From the sequence record NC_048053.1: a DNA stretch of 64,000 bases, one strand, 5' to 3'. Position numbers and translations under genes: made by a program. Below, piece by piece: positions 29,136 through 39,413 of this stretch; the first letter of the stretch is position 1; every line of letters starts with the position of its first letter. Under the pieces are notes generated by a model. It saw nothing but the letters and a program-made list of their open reading frames with translations, ran no database searches and had not been told where the DNA came from.

Positions 29136-30098
29136 ATGCGCGTAGGGTTCGCTTGTAAATATATGGGGAAAGATGGCAAACAACCTTTCCCGTCTCGCAC
29201 CGTCACGGCTTCTCGTTTATCGCTTTTGCAGCGCGACGAGCAAATCGAAAAACTGATTGAGATTGGCTTACACAACATTCGTTCCGTTCATGCAATGGCG
29301 CGTATGTTAGCGATCCGTTCAGAAACAAAACGCATGATGCGAATCACAAGCGAACTCCTACCGCTTTTCACTCACAAAGATTTCAGTGCTATTAGTCGCA
29401 AGTATGTTTTGCCTGTGATTGAAAAGCCATTGCGTGAGTTGGGGGATTTTGCTCGACTGCATCGCATTAGACTTTCATTCCATCCGGGTCAGTTTACCGT
29501 GCTTGCTAGTGATAGGCCGGAAGTCGTGGAAAACTCCATTCGCGATCTTGAGTATCACACGTTGATTGCTTCGCTTATGGGTTACGGCAGAAAATTTCAA
29601 GATTTCAAAATCAACATTCATCTAAGCGGCAAACTTGGCGCAGACGGATTCAGAAAGAACTTTAAAAAACTTTCTCCTGAGTGTCGTCGTATGTTGACTG
29701 TTGAGAATGACGAACTAACAAGCCGCGTTGAAGATTGTTTGACTCTATCCGATCTTTGCCCGGTGGTTTTAGATATTCATCATCATTGGGTCATGACGAA
29801 TGAATACATTCAACCAGATGATCCGCGTGTGCAACTTGTTGTAGAGAGTTGGCGCGGTGTTCGTCCGACAATGCACTATTCTATTTCACGTCCTGAATTC
29901 GTTCCTTCTGATGTGTTTCCGGATCAGAACAAACTATCTGTTCCGAAAACCAAGTTGCGTGCGCATTCAGATTATTTCCACAATCAACTTGTAAACGCTT
30001 GGGCGCTGTCTTTTGATGAGTTTGATATCATGTGCGAATCAAAAGCTAAAAACCTAGCGGTAGCTGATTTGTTGCAGAGGCAAAAAGTATGTCCTTAA
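29136..30098 (+). CDS. uvsE: UV damage endonuclease (UvsE/UvdE family)
   Basis: GFACKY, RITSELLP, RLSFHPGQFTVLAS, INIH, LTVENDE, VLDIHHH, MHYS, RAHSD, MCESKAKNLA. Confidence 0.92.
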   Translation: MRVGFACKYMGKDGKQPFPSRTVTASRLSLLQRDEQIEKLIEIGLHNIRSVHAMARMLAIRSETKRMMRITSELLPLFTHKDFSAISRKYVLPVIEKPLRELGDFARLHRIRLSFHPGQFTVLASDRPEVVENSIRDLEYHTLIASLMGYGRKFQDFKINIHLSGKLGADGFRKNFKKLSPECRRMLTVENDELTSRVEDCLTLSDLCPVVLDIHHHWVMTNEYIQPDDPRVQLVVESWRGVRPTMHYSISRPEFVPSDVFPDQNKLSVPKTKLRAHSDYFHNQLVNAWALSFDEFDIMCESKAKNLAVADLLQRQKVCP

Positions 30099-30186
30099 AA
30101 AGTTTTATTCGTTCTGTTCGTTTTCGTTTCAACAACTGGCGTATGCGTCGCCTGCATAAGCAGTGCGATAAGCTAATGACTAAAAA

Positions 30187-31011
30187 GTGAGGCTTACCGT
30201 GAAAAACTATGCGACTCTTTCTGAGTTAGTATCTGGCGTTCGATTCGCTCTTGTGGTTGAACGTATGAACGTCACCGAAATCAATCCGGACTTTGCTAAC
30301 GAGCTGGAAAAAGCAGAGGCCAGCGCCCATCCAAAAGAATTGCAGAACTACGCTATTGCTGCTCTGAAAAACTGTAAATTTTCAGTAACCAAAACTGTTC
30401 TGAATCAGGTTAGCAGTATGGCGGCAGAACATCCGTTGTTTGATCGTCCGTTTGAAATCATTTCAGACGAAGATATTAAACAGTTTCTTGTTTCTCTCCC
30501 TACAGAGAAATTGGTTACTGCGTGCCGTGCATGTAACGTTCTGGTAGATCATGGACACCTTCGCGATAGCGCGGAAGAGTTAGCGCGACTCTCTTCGATT
30601 CGTCTGCTTACTTTCATGCCGTCTGCTGAGTTGTCCGAAGTAGAATCTTTAAATCGAATGGAACTCTTCGCGTTCGCCGTAGAGCATTTTGTTTGGGTTC
30701 GTCACATTCAGAAGATCGACGATTTTTTGAAAACGGCGTTGAGTGAGAGACAGCGCGATGACCTTATGGCGAGTATCGGCGTTGATATTACCGATGAGGA
30801 TTATGAGGCAGATATTGAAGAAAATATTTCTGCTGAATTTGTCGCGACCGGACTCGAAGTATTACAGAATGATGCTGATTGGGTTGACTGGTCTGGATGG
30901 ACTCCAGAAGATCCGACGCTCGATGTTTTCGAAGCATTGAAATTCGCGTATGAAAAACTTACGCCTGAAACAGCAAAGGCAGCGCGTGACGCATTAAAGG
31001 ATATCAACTAA
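30187..31011 (+). CDS. hypothetical acidic helical protein with HeH-like repeats
   Basis: 274 aa. Start may be GTG 30199. Confidence 0.7.
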   Translation: MRLTVKNYATLSELVSGVRFALVVERMNVTEINPDFANELEKAEASAHPKELQNYAIAALKNCKFSVTKTVLNQVSSMAAEHPLFDRPFEIISDEDIKQFLVSLPTEKLVTACRACNVLVDHGHLRDSAEELARLSSIRLLTFMPSAELSEVESLNRMELFAFAVEHFVWVRHIQKIDDFLKTALSERQRDDLMASIGVDITDEDYEADIEENISAEFVATGLEVLQNDADWVDWSGWTPEDPTLDVFEALKFAYEKLTPETAKAARDALKDIN

Positions 31012-31018
31012 GGCAACT

Positions 31019-31630
31019 ATGATGAAAAATATCACTTCCGAAGCAGTAATTAGTCGTTTGCTCAATGAAGGTGAATGGTGGTATGCGCTGGCTTTATTCT
31101 CCGATAAAGATCTGGCGACACTGTTGCAGTCAATGGGAATTGAAAACGCGGCCAATCAACCACGAACTAAAATTGTTCTGGCACTTTCGCAGCGTCTTTC
31201 TGAAAGCGGAAAATACATTGATATGATCCGCGATTATTTCAACGAGCACTTTCTCAAGCCGTTCGAAATCCCTACGCATAAATCTGAACTGTGGTTCAGT
31301 TTTGGCGACTGTGAGGCGTTGATATCGCATCGACTGATTAACAGTGAATACGATATCAATATCGATCCGCAAATTCACAAAGATTTTGTTCTCGACGCTC
31401 TCACCATTGAGCAACTTCGTGAAGTGTATAACATCAACAATATTGCTGATGATGACTACAAAGAAAAAGATCGCGATTGGTTGATTGAACAGATCAACCA
31501 AATCGATTTTGTCGAAGAGTACGATAGCTTCCTTCGTGACTCCGGCGAACTGTCTCATATCAAAACTGAACACGGTGCGATGATTGAATTCTTGTTCGGT
31601 TCCGCAATTGTAGAAGAGGATGAAGAATAA
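31019..31630 (+). CDS. acidic protein with two Rho-N/HeH-like modules
   Basis: LALFSDKDLATLLQSMGIENAANQPRTKIVLAL and LDALTIEQLREVY...DRDWLIEQI. Confidence 0.65.
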   Translation: MMKNITSEAVISRLLNEGEWWYALALFSDKDLATLLQSMGIENAANQPRTKIVLALSQRLSESGKYIDMIRDYFNEHFLKPFEIPTHKSELWFSFGDCEALISHRLINSEYDINIDPQIHKDFVLDALTIEQLREVYNINNIADDDYKEKDRDWLIEQINQIDFVEEYDSFLRDSGELSHIKTEHGAMIEFLFGSAIVEEDEE

Positions 31631-33796
31631 ATGTTAGATTTCAATTTGCAGCTTCCTAAAACTGGTATGCAGCGTCAAAATGCAATCAAACAAATTGCAA
31701 CGCTGTTCGGTTCCCTGATTGCTTCGGAGACTTCTCTTGTGGAAGATCAAACTCCGGAACAGACTATTCACGCATTCATGAAAAAGCAATTGCGTGCGCC
31801 TGAATATCCGATGTTCTTGGCGTGCATTTTTGATGATGGTGAGATTCCGGAAGAGTTTGCAGAATACAATATCATTACGCTGCAAACAGTTTTGGATAAC
31901 GCTACTTCTGGTCGCATGATCGAATTGAACGATCTGTTTGCGCTGGAGTCTGACGAGTCAATGATCAAACTGGCTCGCTCAATCGGCATCAATAATCAAA
32001 TGCGTGCCGCTACACTCCGTATGGATATTCTCAAAACAATCTACAAAGACCTGTATACATTTGAACGATTGTTTTTGACTACTGATGCGTTGATGGAATT
32101 TTTCAGCGTGCGCTACGCATTTGATCGTCAGGCAGAGTCGGTTCGTTGGCTGCAACTTGCCTCCCGCCTGAATGCCTCGCGTATTATCGCCGATAACCGT
32201 TCCATCTATGCGAAATTAAGTAACATGTTTGGTCGCTGGTATAATGAGGCTGTCGAATACCTTGCCTCTATTTTGGGCGTAGAATCGTCTGCCCGATCTC
32301 ATATGCTTGTATCGCGTATGGCGCAAATCGGGCCGCAAGGCATTCTCCAAAAACTTTTTGATCTCGGCCTTCTGTCTCGCGAAAAATTCGATGAATTTGT
32401 TAAATTCGAAAACGTCGAATTCGACGCAGTATTGAAGGCTATCGTGCAAGGTTGGTTGGATGCTTTCGACGGCAAAGAACAGAATATTATTTCTGTTGAC
32501 AGTATGAGCAATGATGCTCGTACTATCATGGAACAGTTTGTATCCCATTATCGTTGTGATGATGAAGACGATGATGAAGACGATGATGAAGACGATGATG
32601 AGGAAGAGGAAGACTTCGAAGAAGAAGAGGATGAGGATGAGGATGAGGATGAAGACGTAACACCTCCTTCTAAAATTCCTCGCGGTAAGCCTTTACCTGA
32701 AGACGATGATGAAGACGATGATGAGGAAGAGGAAGACTTCGAAGAAGAAGAGGATGAGGATGAGGATGAGGATGAAGACGTAACACCTCCTTCTAAAATT
32801 CCTCGCGGTAAGCCTTTACCTGATGATGAGGATGAGGATGATGAGGATGAGGATGATGAGGATGAAGACGTAACACCTCCTTCCAAAGTTCCTCGTCGTA
32901 AGCCTTTACCTGATGACGAAGAGGAAGAGGACGAAGATGACGAAGATGACGATGAAGAGGAATCAGGTTCTGCTTCTCAAAAAGAATTGCTCGCGCTTCT
33001 TCGCAATCATTGCGACTCTGACGATCACTCACTTTCGTATTGGCTCAATGTACGCACCGAAGATGTGCGCCGTGCGCTGATTGACTCCGGCACCATTCCT
33101 GCGCACACTGCAAAAAGTTTGCGCCACTATCAACTGCTGGAAGTCATGGCAGAAGAAACAGATTTGGATATGGATGAAGTTTTTGAGTATTCCGAAATCG
33201 CAAACACTGCATTCAAAAACTGGCTGGAAAACTGGCGCTCCCGTTTCGAATCTTCTGGCTATAAACTGAAAGTGCTTTCTTCTATTGTGCGCGAACTTGT
33301 TTCCGGAATGGAACTTGCAGATTACACGGTTGAGGAAATGGAAAACCAGATCGAAAGTTACATCGAGTGCATCGAATCTGTAGATGGTCTGTATAAGTTT
33401 GCAGATAAGTTTATCTCTGCGGTAGATAAATTTAAGATGCAGGCTGGATTCCATATCGATCCTGTTTCTGATTCTTCCTCTGCACCTGTATCGGAACAAC
33501 ATCGCCTCTTAATGGTTGAGGCTGTTGCGGCAAAGGTAGTTGATCCGTATCGCGCTCGCAATATGAGTGAGTCAGAACTTCGCGCAGCACTGGCAGAAGC
33601 GAAAGCATTAAAAGAATCTCCGGTTGCACTGGTGACGAATGAAAATTTTCGTGAAGTGATTCCTACGCTTTCTCGGCAGCAATTGATTGCAGAACTGGCT
33701 TCCCGTGGATATAGCGATAACAGTCTGCGTAAACTCGGTGCTCCGCGTCTCGCCGAAATGTTCCTGAATGCAATGGAACGTATCGTTAATAAATAA
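31631..33796 (+). CDS. large acidic protein with Asp/Glu tandem repeats and HeH-like modules
   Basis: 721 aa. Central D/E tract punctuated three times by VTPPSK(I/V)PR(G/R)KPLP. Confidence 0.8.
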   Translation: MLDFNLQLPKTGMQRQNAIKQIATLFGSLIASETSLVEDQTPEQTIHAFMKKQLRAPEYPMFLACIFDDGEIPEEFAEYNIITLQTVLDNATSGRMIELNDLFALESDESMIKLARSIGINNQMRAATLRMDILKTIYKDLYTFERLFLTTDALMEFFSVRYAFDRQAESVRWLQLASRLNASRIIADNRSIYAKLSNMFGRWYNEAVEYLASILGVESSARSHMLVSRMAQIGPQGILQKLFDLGLLSREKFDEFVKFENVEFDAVLKAIVQGWLDAFDGKEQNIISVDSMSNDARTIMEQFVSHYRCDDEDDDEDDDEDDDEEEEDFEEEEDEDEDEDEDVTPPSKIPRGKPLPEDDDEDDDEEEEDFEEEEDEDEDEDEDVTPPSKIPRGKPLPDDEDEDDEDEDDEDEDVTPPSKVPRRKPLPDDEEEEDEDDEDDDEEESGSASQKELLALLRNHCDSDDHSLSYWLNVRTEDVRRALIDSGTIPAHTAKSLRHYQLLEVMAEETDLDMDEVFEYSEIANTAFKNWLENWRSRFESSGYKLKVLSSIVRELVSGMELADYTVEEMENQIESYIECIESVDGLYKFADKFISAVDKFKMQAGFHIDPVSDSSSAPVSEQHRLLMVEAVAAKVVDPYRARNMSESELRAALAEAKALKESPVALVTNENFREVIPTLSRQQLIAELASRGYSDNSLRKLGAPRLAEMFLNAMERIVNK
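32575..32823 (+). repeat. 123-bp (41 aa) exact tandem duplication plus a shorter third copy
   Basis: GTAACACCTCC recurs at 32657, 32780 and 32870. Confidence 0.9.
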
Positions 33797-33800
33797 ACTC

Positions 33801-33829
33801 AAGCTGGCCTGTTCATTCAGGCCGCTTTT
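33801..33829 (+). terminator. intrinsic terminator
   Basis: GGCCTG-TTCATT-CAGGCC followed by GCTTTT. Confidence 0.6.
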
Positions 33830-33846
33830 CATTTGAAGAGAGAAAA

Positions 33847-34512
33847 ATGCAAAAAGTTGATCTCGACCTTGCAACCAAACTTGCGATGGTGGATGACGTT
33901 TCTATTGATCGCCTTCATCACCAACTTGGATTTGGATATTCCAATTCTCGTATCGACAAAGTTAAACAGATTCTTCTATTTCCGGCGTGCGAAAAAGTTT
34001 TCGCACTGATGAGAAACTATATCGCAAACTTCGATAAACCTGAAAAGAAAGAAGAGAAAGAAACTTTCGATCCAAACATCGCCACGCAGTACGCCATTCA
34101 TCAATCTCCCGTTCCTCTGATTTTATATCTCCGATCTTATGGATTGAGTACCGAAGAAATTCAAACTCAATTACATAAATATTACGCCAAAGCTGCTGAT
34201 CGAATTCCTGCAATATCGGACATTGCAAATATTGCTTCTTGGAAAGAATATCAGCTTGACGACAAAACCTATAACTGGTCATATACCCAAATTTATCAGG
34301 TGTGTAAAAAATATGGCCTGCACGATTTCCATATTTTCTATGATCCTCTGTACTTCGATCAGTATCATGAATCTCAGGGCGGTTGGGGCGTTACTTTGTC
34401 GGAGAAGGATCGCAATGTATATGGCTATGGTATGATTGGTGGCGATACCATAGAGGACGCTATTCATGCCGTTACCCATACAGTGCGGAAATCCCGGACG
34501 AAGCGGCAATAA
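33847..34512 (+). CDS. hypothetical protein
   Basis: 221 aa ORF. Confidence 0.7.
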   Translation: MQKVDLDLATKLAMVDDVSIDRLHHQLGFGYSNSRIDKVKQILLFPACEKVFALMRNYIANFDKPEKKEEKETFDPNIATQYAIHQSPVPLILYLRSYGLSTEEIQTQLHKYYAKAADRIPAISDIANIASWKEYQLDDKTYNWSYTQIYQVCKKYGLHDFHIFYDPLYFDQYHESQGGWGVTLSEKDRNVYGYGMIGGDTIEDAIHAVTHTVRKSRTKRQ

Positions 34513-34570
34513 ACTCCGCAAATAAGTGTCCAAAATTCCGCTAGAAGTTTCAGTTTTATTCAGGTAGACT
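34512..34570 (+). promoter_or_regulatory. box-type promoter (GCAAA 34518, -10 TAGACT 34565)
   Basis: Member of the 10-copy family. Confidence 0.8.
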
Positions 34571-34660
34571 TTCCAGACGGGCAGGCAATAACGCTTGCCC
34601 GTTGGGAAGCGGCATAGGCGTCTTTCCAAAGTAGGTGGTAACTTTAGAAAGGAGTCTTAC

Positions 34661-34840
34661 ATGGCAATCTCGAATCGGATCGATCCAATTCAGGCTGTAC
34701 GTTATTACGAATCAAATCAGGAAACAGAGTCGGCGAAACGACGCGCCGAAATGACTCAGACTAACTCAAGTTCAGTATCATGCAAAGTTTCTTTTTCCGA
34801 TCTTTATCTCAACGCAATCGATAAACGTAAGGGGGAATAA
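34661..34840 (+). CDS. hypothetical small protein (start ATG 34661)
   Basis: AAGGAG Shine-Dalgarno, first gene after the promoter box. Confidence 0.65.
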   Translation: MAISNRIDPIQAVRYYESNQETESAKRRAEMTQTNSSSVSCKVSFSDLYLNAIDKRKGE

Positions 34841-34843
34841 ATC

Positions 34844-35092
34844 ATGCCACATTTTTCCGTTGTAAACGCTCACGTAGAATATGTTGGAGTGGGATATTCT
34901 GGCCCGTTTATGCGTCAGATTGGACGGCCTCACGAAATTGCATCATATCCAACTTGCGAAGAAGCTATTCGTGTCGCATGTGAATTGAAAACCGCAAGCG
35001 GTGATCAAACTGACTGGAAAGTAGTAAATGAATTCTCTGAACGTGTTATGTATGACACGACCAAACAACCTACGGAAAACATAACGGAGTAG
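34844..35092 (+). CDS. hypothetical protein
   Basis: Shine-Dalgarno plus ORF. Confidence 0.6.
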   Translation: MPHFSVVNAHVEYVGVGYSGPFMRQIGRPHEIASYPTCEEAIRVACELKTASGDQTDWKVVNEFSERVMYDTTKQPTENITE

Positions 35093-35095
35093 TAA

Positions 35096-35554
35096 ATGAA
35101 AGTTTCTAGCATTGTGTTATCAGCAATTATGTTTGCATCGGTACAGCAATCTTATGCTAGTGAGTCTGTTCCCAAAATCTTTACTCAGGATCTAGCGTTG
35201 ACGAAATCTGTTGACGCTCGCTGTCAGAAAACTTATGCAGGTTTTGAGTTTCTGCAAGGCGCTGATTTAGATTTTGGTGTTAGTAGTTCTCGTTATGAAA
35301 CTCGCCCTATGTGGCCTCTGATTTGTTCGCTGTCTGAAAAGGCAGTTTCGACCAAAATCACAAAGGAGTCATATGGGGTGCGTGTTGTTTACGTGCTGGA
35401 AAATGGACGCACGAACGAATACGATTTTGTGAACACAATCGAAAACGCGTTTGAAGTTGCGGCGTTTAACGGCAACATGATGGACAACTATAAATCGCAG
35501 ACTGCTTTGCTTGATGTAATGACTGTTCTGTACAACGAAGTGATGGGGAAATAA
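35096..35554 (+). CDS. putative secreted/periplasmic protein
   Basis: N-terminal signal-peptide-like MKVSSIVLSAIMFASVQQSYA. Confidence 0.6.
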   Translation: MKVSSIVLSAIMFASVQQSYASESVPKIFTQDLALTKSVDARCQKTYAGFEFLQGADLDFGVSSSRYETRPMWPLICSLSEKAVSTKITKESYGVRVVYVLENGRTNEYDFVNTIENAFEVAAFNGNMMDNYKSQTALLDVMTVLYNEVMGK

Positions 35555-35556
35555 TT

Positions 35557-35853
35557 GTGGCAAAGATGAACCGTAAGAAAGCACTGGATGCAATGGTTAA
35601 AGCCCACAACGAAGTACAGTCAAATACTCTCGTTCGTTTTCAAGCCGAAGGCATGGAAAGTTCTGCGCTGTTCCCGCATCGGGAAGAGATCATAGAAAAA
35701 ATTATGCGCGGCGTTGATCCTGCTGTTGCGATTGACGACGCTGTTGGTGCTGCAATTCGTTTGCATCGCATTAGCCTCACCTCAAATACAAAGGTTCCTT
35801 CTTTCCGCGATCTGCTGGCTGCCGAAGACCTCGAACTTTTAAAATCATTGTGA
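35557..35853 (+). CDS. hypothetical protein
   Basis: ORF in an operon. Confidence 0.55.
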   Translation: MAKMNRKKALDAMVKAHNEVQSNTLVRFQAEGMESSALFPHREEIIEKIMRGVDPAVAIDDAVGAAIRLHRISLTSNTKVPSFRDLLAAEDLELLKSL

Positions 35854-35862
35854 GAAAATAAA

Positions 35863-36150
35863 ATGTACCAATCAACTGGAATTCCAACAAAATTGGAATT
35901 GAATAAAATTTGTCTTGAGGCTCTGACTCTTTATGCGCACGGCCTGATAAGTTTAACTGAACTGTCCGGGCGCTTGAGTGTAGAGGATGTTTCAATCTCG
36001 CATGTGACGACAACATTCACAAGCGAGTGCCTCACTATCTCAACTGGCATTAAACAAACCGATCTCTATTTCCATCTGACTAAATTTTCCGGTGAAAAAG
36101 ACGAGCGCGGTTTTCCTATCAACGACGAAGCATGTGTCGTTAATCTGTAA
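35863..36150 (+). CDS. hypothetical protein
   Basis: ORF in an operon. Confidence 0.55.
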   Translation: MYQSTGIPTKLELNKICLEALTLYAHGLISLTELSGRLSVEDVSISHVTTTFTSECLTISTGIKQTDLYFHLTKFSGEKDERGFPINDEACVVNL

Positions 36151-36204
36151 ACAAAATATAGGCGTGGCATGTGCTGCGCCTTTCTACGTTATGGGGAATT
36201 ATTT

Positions 36205-36645
36205 ATGGGCGTTGTTTCCACTGTAGGCTATGACTTCTTTCCGAAACAAAATGAAGAAGCGTTAAACTCTCGCGTGGAGTTTAAAATCCAATTGGCAGAT
36301 AGCACAACCGTAACTTTACGTGGTGTTGTTGTTCGCAGCGATGCTGAATTGCCTTTCCGTGAAATTGTTCGTCTCGACGATGATCTGTTTGATGACGGCA
36401 CTACGCACTATTTTGATTCTCGCACTTTCAAAAACTATCCGGGTGAAGATAGCTTTATGAAAGCCGTTAATCCGGCGGCTTCCTTTGAAGGGAAAAATGC
36501 AGAAGTCTGCTATCGCTATCAAACCGATAATCTGGTTAGCGGGAAAGTTATTTTCGACCGTGGCCCTTTAACGTTGATTCAAATTCTCGAAGGCGCGAAT
36601 ATAAATAAAATTGTTCATGCCAGTGAGTGTCAGTATTCAGTTTAA
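36205..36645 (+). CDS. hypothetical protein (start ATG 36205)
   Basis: GGGG Shine-Dalgarno, in frame with ORF 36169..36645. Confidence 0.6.
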   Translation: MGVVSTVGYDFFPKQNEEALNSRVEFKIQLADSTTVTLRGVVVRSDAELPFREIVRLDDDLFDDGTTHYFDSRTFKNYPGEDSFMKAVNPAASFEGKNAEVCYRYQTDNLVSGKVIFDRGPLTLIQILEGANINKIVHASECQYSV

Positions 36646-36677
36646 CTGATTGAATCCCCACTTGGAAAAGGTTCTCA

Positions 36678-36974
36678 GTGATGAAGAAAACTCGCGGCTC
36701 TAAGTCTACCATGCAATCAATTCCTAAAAATTCCTTGCAGCTTTTAAAAGCTGGTAAAAGTTTTTATGTGAGCATTTCTTCTGGTGACAAGCACGAAGAA
36801 ATCAAAATGACTGACGATTACAAATACGTTAAGTCTTGCATGGTAGCTGTTGCATATATTTCCGGTAATCCAGAAGTGCGCTTGCATTTAGGGCGCAATA
36901 TTATGGATGATTCGCCGGATACCTACATCTTCGAAATCGAAGTTTCAATCAAACGTAAAAAATCAAGGAAGTAA
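36678..36974 (+). CDS. hypothetical protein
   Basis: ORF upstream of dUTPase. Confidence 0.55.
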   Translation: MMKKTRGSKSTMQSIPKNSLQLLKAGKSFYVSISSGDKHEEIKMTDDYKYVKSCMVAVAYISGNPEVRLHLGRNIMDDSPDTYIFEIEVSIKRKKSRK

Positions 36975-36976
36975 AA

Positions 36977-37543
36977 ATGACTCAGATCTTCACTCCGGTA
37001 TCTTCGCAGATTCTGTTCAACATTCTCCCGGATGAAAAATACAAAGCAAATTTCATCCCGCCTTCTTATGGGACTCCGTTCAGCGCCGCGCTGGATGTTA
37101 TAGCGCAGGAAGATTTTTATATTACGCACGAAACACAACTCATTCCGTTAGGTTTCAGCGCAGAATTTCCCGAAGGTACTGCTTGCCTTTTGCTTCCGCG
37201 TTCTGGCTTCGGTGCGAAGTTTGGCGTAGCTCTCGCAAATACTCTCGGCCTTATCGATCCGGATTATCGCGGCCCGTGGATGGCTGCGACTTGGTTGAAC
37301 GGCGGCGGCACAAAAGTTTCGCAAACTCAATTTCCAATTATGGAAGAGTTCGAACAGAACGGACAAACCTACTCGCGTGATACAGGCAACGTTGGTCGCC
37401 GTCTTCATATTCCGCGTGGTGAAGCGTTCGCTCAATTGCTGTTTGTGAAAACCGAACGACCATTACCTAACATTGTCTCAGAATTGTCTGAAACAGTGCG
37501 CGGCGAAGGTGGTTTCGGTAGCACCAACAAGATCGCCAAATAA
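36977..37543 (+). CDS. dut: trimeric dUTPase
   Basis: AALDV, LLPRSGFG, GLIDPDYRG, AQLLF, RGEGGFGST (motifs I-V). About 30 aa insertion between motifs III and IV. Confidence 0.93.
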   Translation: MTQIFTPVSSQILFNILPDEKYKANFIPPSYGTPFSAALDVIAQEDFYITHETQLIPLGFSAEFPEGTACLLLPRSGFGAKFGVALANTLGLIDPDYRGPWMAATWLNGGGTKVSQTQFPIMEEFEQNGQTYSRDTGNVGRRLHIPRGEAFAQLLFVKTERPLPNIVSELSETVRGEGGFGSTNKIAK

Positions 37544-37552
37544 TTTTACTGT

Positions 37553-37834
37553 ATGGGTCGCCACATGAGACGAGACACGCCGCTTAAAAACTTGCGTGCT
37601 GTTCTATTGTATCTGGCTCGCAATGAGTACGAGGCGAACGAGAAATTCTTTCGTCTGCATTGTGAAAAAGCATTGCGTAAAATGCGCAGTGAAAGATTCT
37701 TTCTAGGGCGCTTATATCTCTACAAGATTGGTCGATGGCAAATCCTTTGGATCGATCCATACAATTACGATTGTCTTGTACGTGATAGGAGGGGTATAGC
37801 AAAATACAAAAACCTTTACGGTCTGTTATTATGA
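37553..37834 (+). CDS. hypothetical basic protein
   Basis: ORF. Confidence 0.5.
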   Translation: MGRHMRRDTPLKNLRAVLLYLARNEYEANEKFFRLHCEKALRKMRSERFFLGRLYLYKIGRWQILWIDPYNYDCLVRDRRGIAKYKNLYGLLL

Positions 37835-37872
37835 CGGCCTAGCGCAAAACAACTAGGAGAAAATAAATTCCA

Positions 37873-38439
37873 ATGAACCTAAAACTTATTGAGGTGATCA
37901 AAAGAGGTTCCCTTGCCAGAATGTGCGTGGGACTGATCCTATCTCTAGCAATTCCTTTGACTGTAGATGCTTCCGTTTCATCTTCACAGCATATACAAGG
38001 AGAAGAACTTTTAAAGACTTCCGTTCAGAAAAAATCTGCATCGAAACGTCTGCAAAAGTTGTACGCACATTTACCGCAGCCAGAAGATCTCGGTGACGTG
38101 TTTGATAGCGCCGCTAAAAAACATGGAATTGATACGCGACTTTTGGTTTCGTTATGTGTAACCGAATCCCAACTGCGAAAGAACGTTGTTAATCGTGGTG
38201 CCATTGGTATGTGTCAGGTTGTGCCTCGCTACCATGCTACCACGCGAAAAGAAATGATGAACTATCGCAAAAATGTGGATAAGGCAGCGGAAATCGTAGC
38301 CGACTTAAAAGCGACTTGTCGAAACAATGTTAGGTGCATCGTGCATTCTTACAACGTGGGCAAAACAGCTTACAAGAAAGGCGCTCGTTCTCCGCAGTAT
38401 TACGCTAAGGTTATGAAGCAGTACCATCGAGACGTGTAA
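37873..38439 (+). CDS. SLT-family lytic transglycosylase with N-terminal hydrophobic anchor
   Basis: AAKKHGIDTRLLVSLCVTES (catalytic Glu), GAIGMCQV, SYNVG, YYAKVM. Confidence 0.85.
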   Translation: MNLKLIEVIKRGSLARMCVGLILSLAIPLTVDASVSSSQHIQGEELLKTSVQKKSASKRLQKLYAHLPQPEDLGDVFDSAAKKHGIDTRLLVSLCVTESQLRKNVVNRGAIGMCQVVPRYHATTRKEMMNYRKNVDKAAEIVADLKATCRNNVRCIVHSYNVGKTAYKKGARSPQYYAKVMKQYHRDV

Positions 38440-38443
38440 ACCA

Positions 38444-38485
38444 AAAGGGAACCTGTAGGAATAACTTATAGGTTCCCTTTCGTTT
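38444..38485 (+). terminator. intrinsic terminator after the SLT gene
   Basis: AAAGGGAACCTGTAGG / CTTATAGGTTCCCTTT stem. Confidence 0.7.
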
Positions 38486-38544
38486 ATCTCTGCAAATTTG
38501 TGTCCAAAATAGTGCTTGTTTCTGCCGCTTCGTTAGTTTAAGAT
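38486..38544 (+). promoter_or_regulatory. box-type promoter (GCAAA 38492, -10 TAAGAT 38539)
   Basis: Member of the 10-copy family. Confidence 0.8.
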
Positions 38545-38586
38545 AAGGGCAGGGCGCAGTATACACACATTTGCATAGGTAAACAT

Positions 38587-38883
38587 ATGAGCAAGTTAAG
38601 GACTCAAGCACAAGCGCGTAGACTCTGGTTAGACTTCATCGCGTTTAAACTCGAACTCGACCGCGTTAAAAGACCTAACGCAACCATTACAGAAATGTCT
38701 GACAAGATTTGTGCAATGTATCGTGCGATCATGTCAAATAAATACAAAACTGCTTTAAAACTCGGTGAGGAAGTTTTGGCAGTTAGTATTAAATACAAAG
38801 CGCGTTATGAAAAAGACGCACTCCAATTTTTAAAACTTTGCAATCTCGCGGGAGAAGTTGTACGCGGTCTAAAAATTAAATGA
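38587..38883 (+). CDS. hypothetical protein
   Basis: First gene after the promoter box. Confidence 0.6.
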   Translation: MSKLRTQAQARRLWLDFIAFKLELDRVKRPNATITEMSDKICAMYRAIMSNKYKTALKLGEEVLAVSIKYKARYEKDALQFLKLCNLAGEVVRGLKIK

Positions 38884-38894
38884 GGAAATAGATT

Positions 38895-39407
38895 ATGAAC
38901 GTAAATGCTTTACTTGATTTTCAAAACGAACTGTTAAAGCCTTTCGCTCCGTCTCAGGAATTCGCATTAATAACTCTCATCGTTCCCCACACGGACGAGG
39001 AAACTGTCGTTGAATTCTGTACTGAAATTCAGTATCGCTTTCCGCATGTTGCTTCGCTGTACGATGCCTATGCTATCAAGCGCCCCGAAAATGCGATTCC
39101 TCTCATTGTTCCTGTCGCTGACAAAACAAACGTGCGTGAAGAATTGTTTGAATTGAAAGATGGCACTGTTTGTTTGAGCGAAGATTTTTATCTTCTACTC
39201 TCCACGTTTGTTTCTCGCGTGCCGGAACACGTAAGCTCTCCTGATGAACTGCACTTAGGTGCAAGTGATCGAATTGCGAGATTGACGCTTGAAGATTTAT
39301 CCGCTGCTATCATGCACGGTTTTTATTCTGGCGTACCGCCGATTATTGGCGAAACGAAACGAAAAGGCGCTGGTTTCTGGCGCACACTTTTTCCATCTGC
39401 TGCATAA
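38895..39407 (+). CDS. hypothetical protein
   Basis: GAGG Shine-Dalgarno. Confidence 0.65.
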   Translation: MNVNALLDFQNELLKPFAPSQEFALITLIVPHTDEETVVEFCTEIQYRFPHVASLYDAYAIKRPENAIPLIVPVADKTNVREELFELKDGTVCLSEDFYLLLSTFVSRVPEHVSSPDELHLGASDRIARLTLEDLSAAIMHGFYSGVPPIIGETKRKGAGFWRTLFPSAA

Positions 39408-39413
39408 GGAGAA

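Noticed and set aside
32555-32960. Possible CRISPR-like repeat/spacer array
   Set aside because: The repeats are in frame within a CDS, have no unique spacers, and no cas genes are present.
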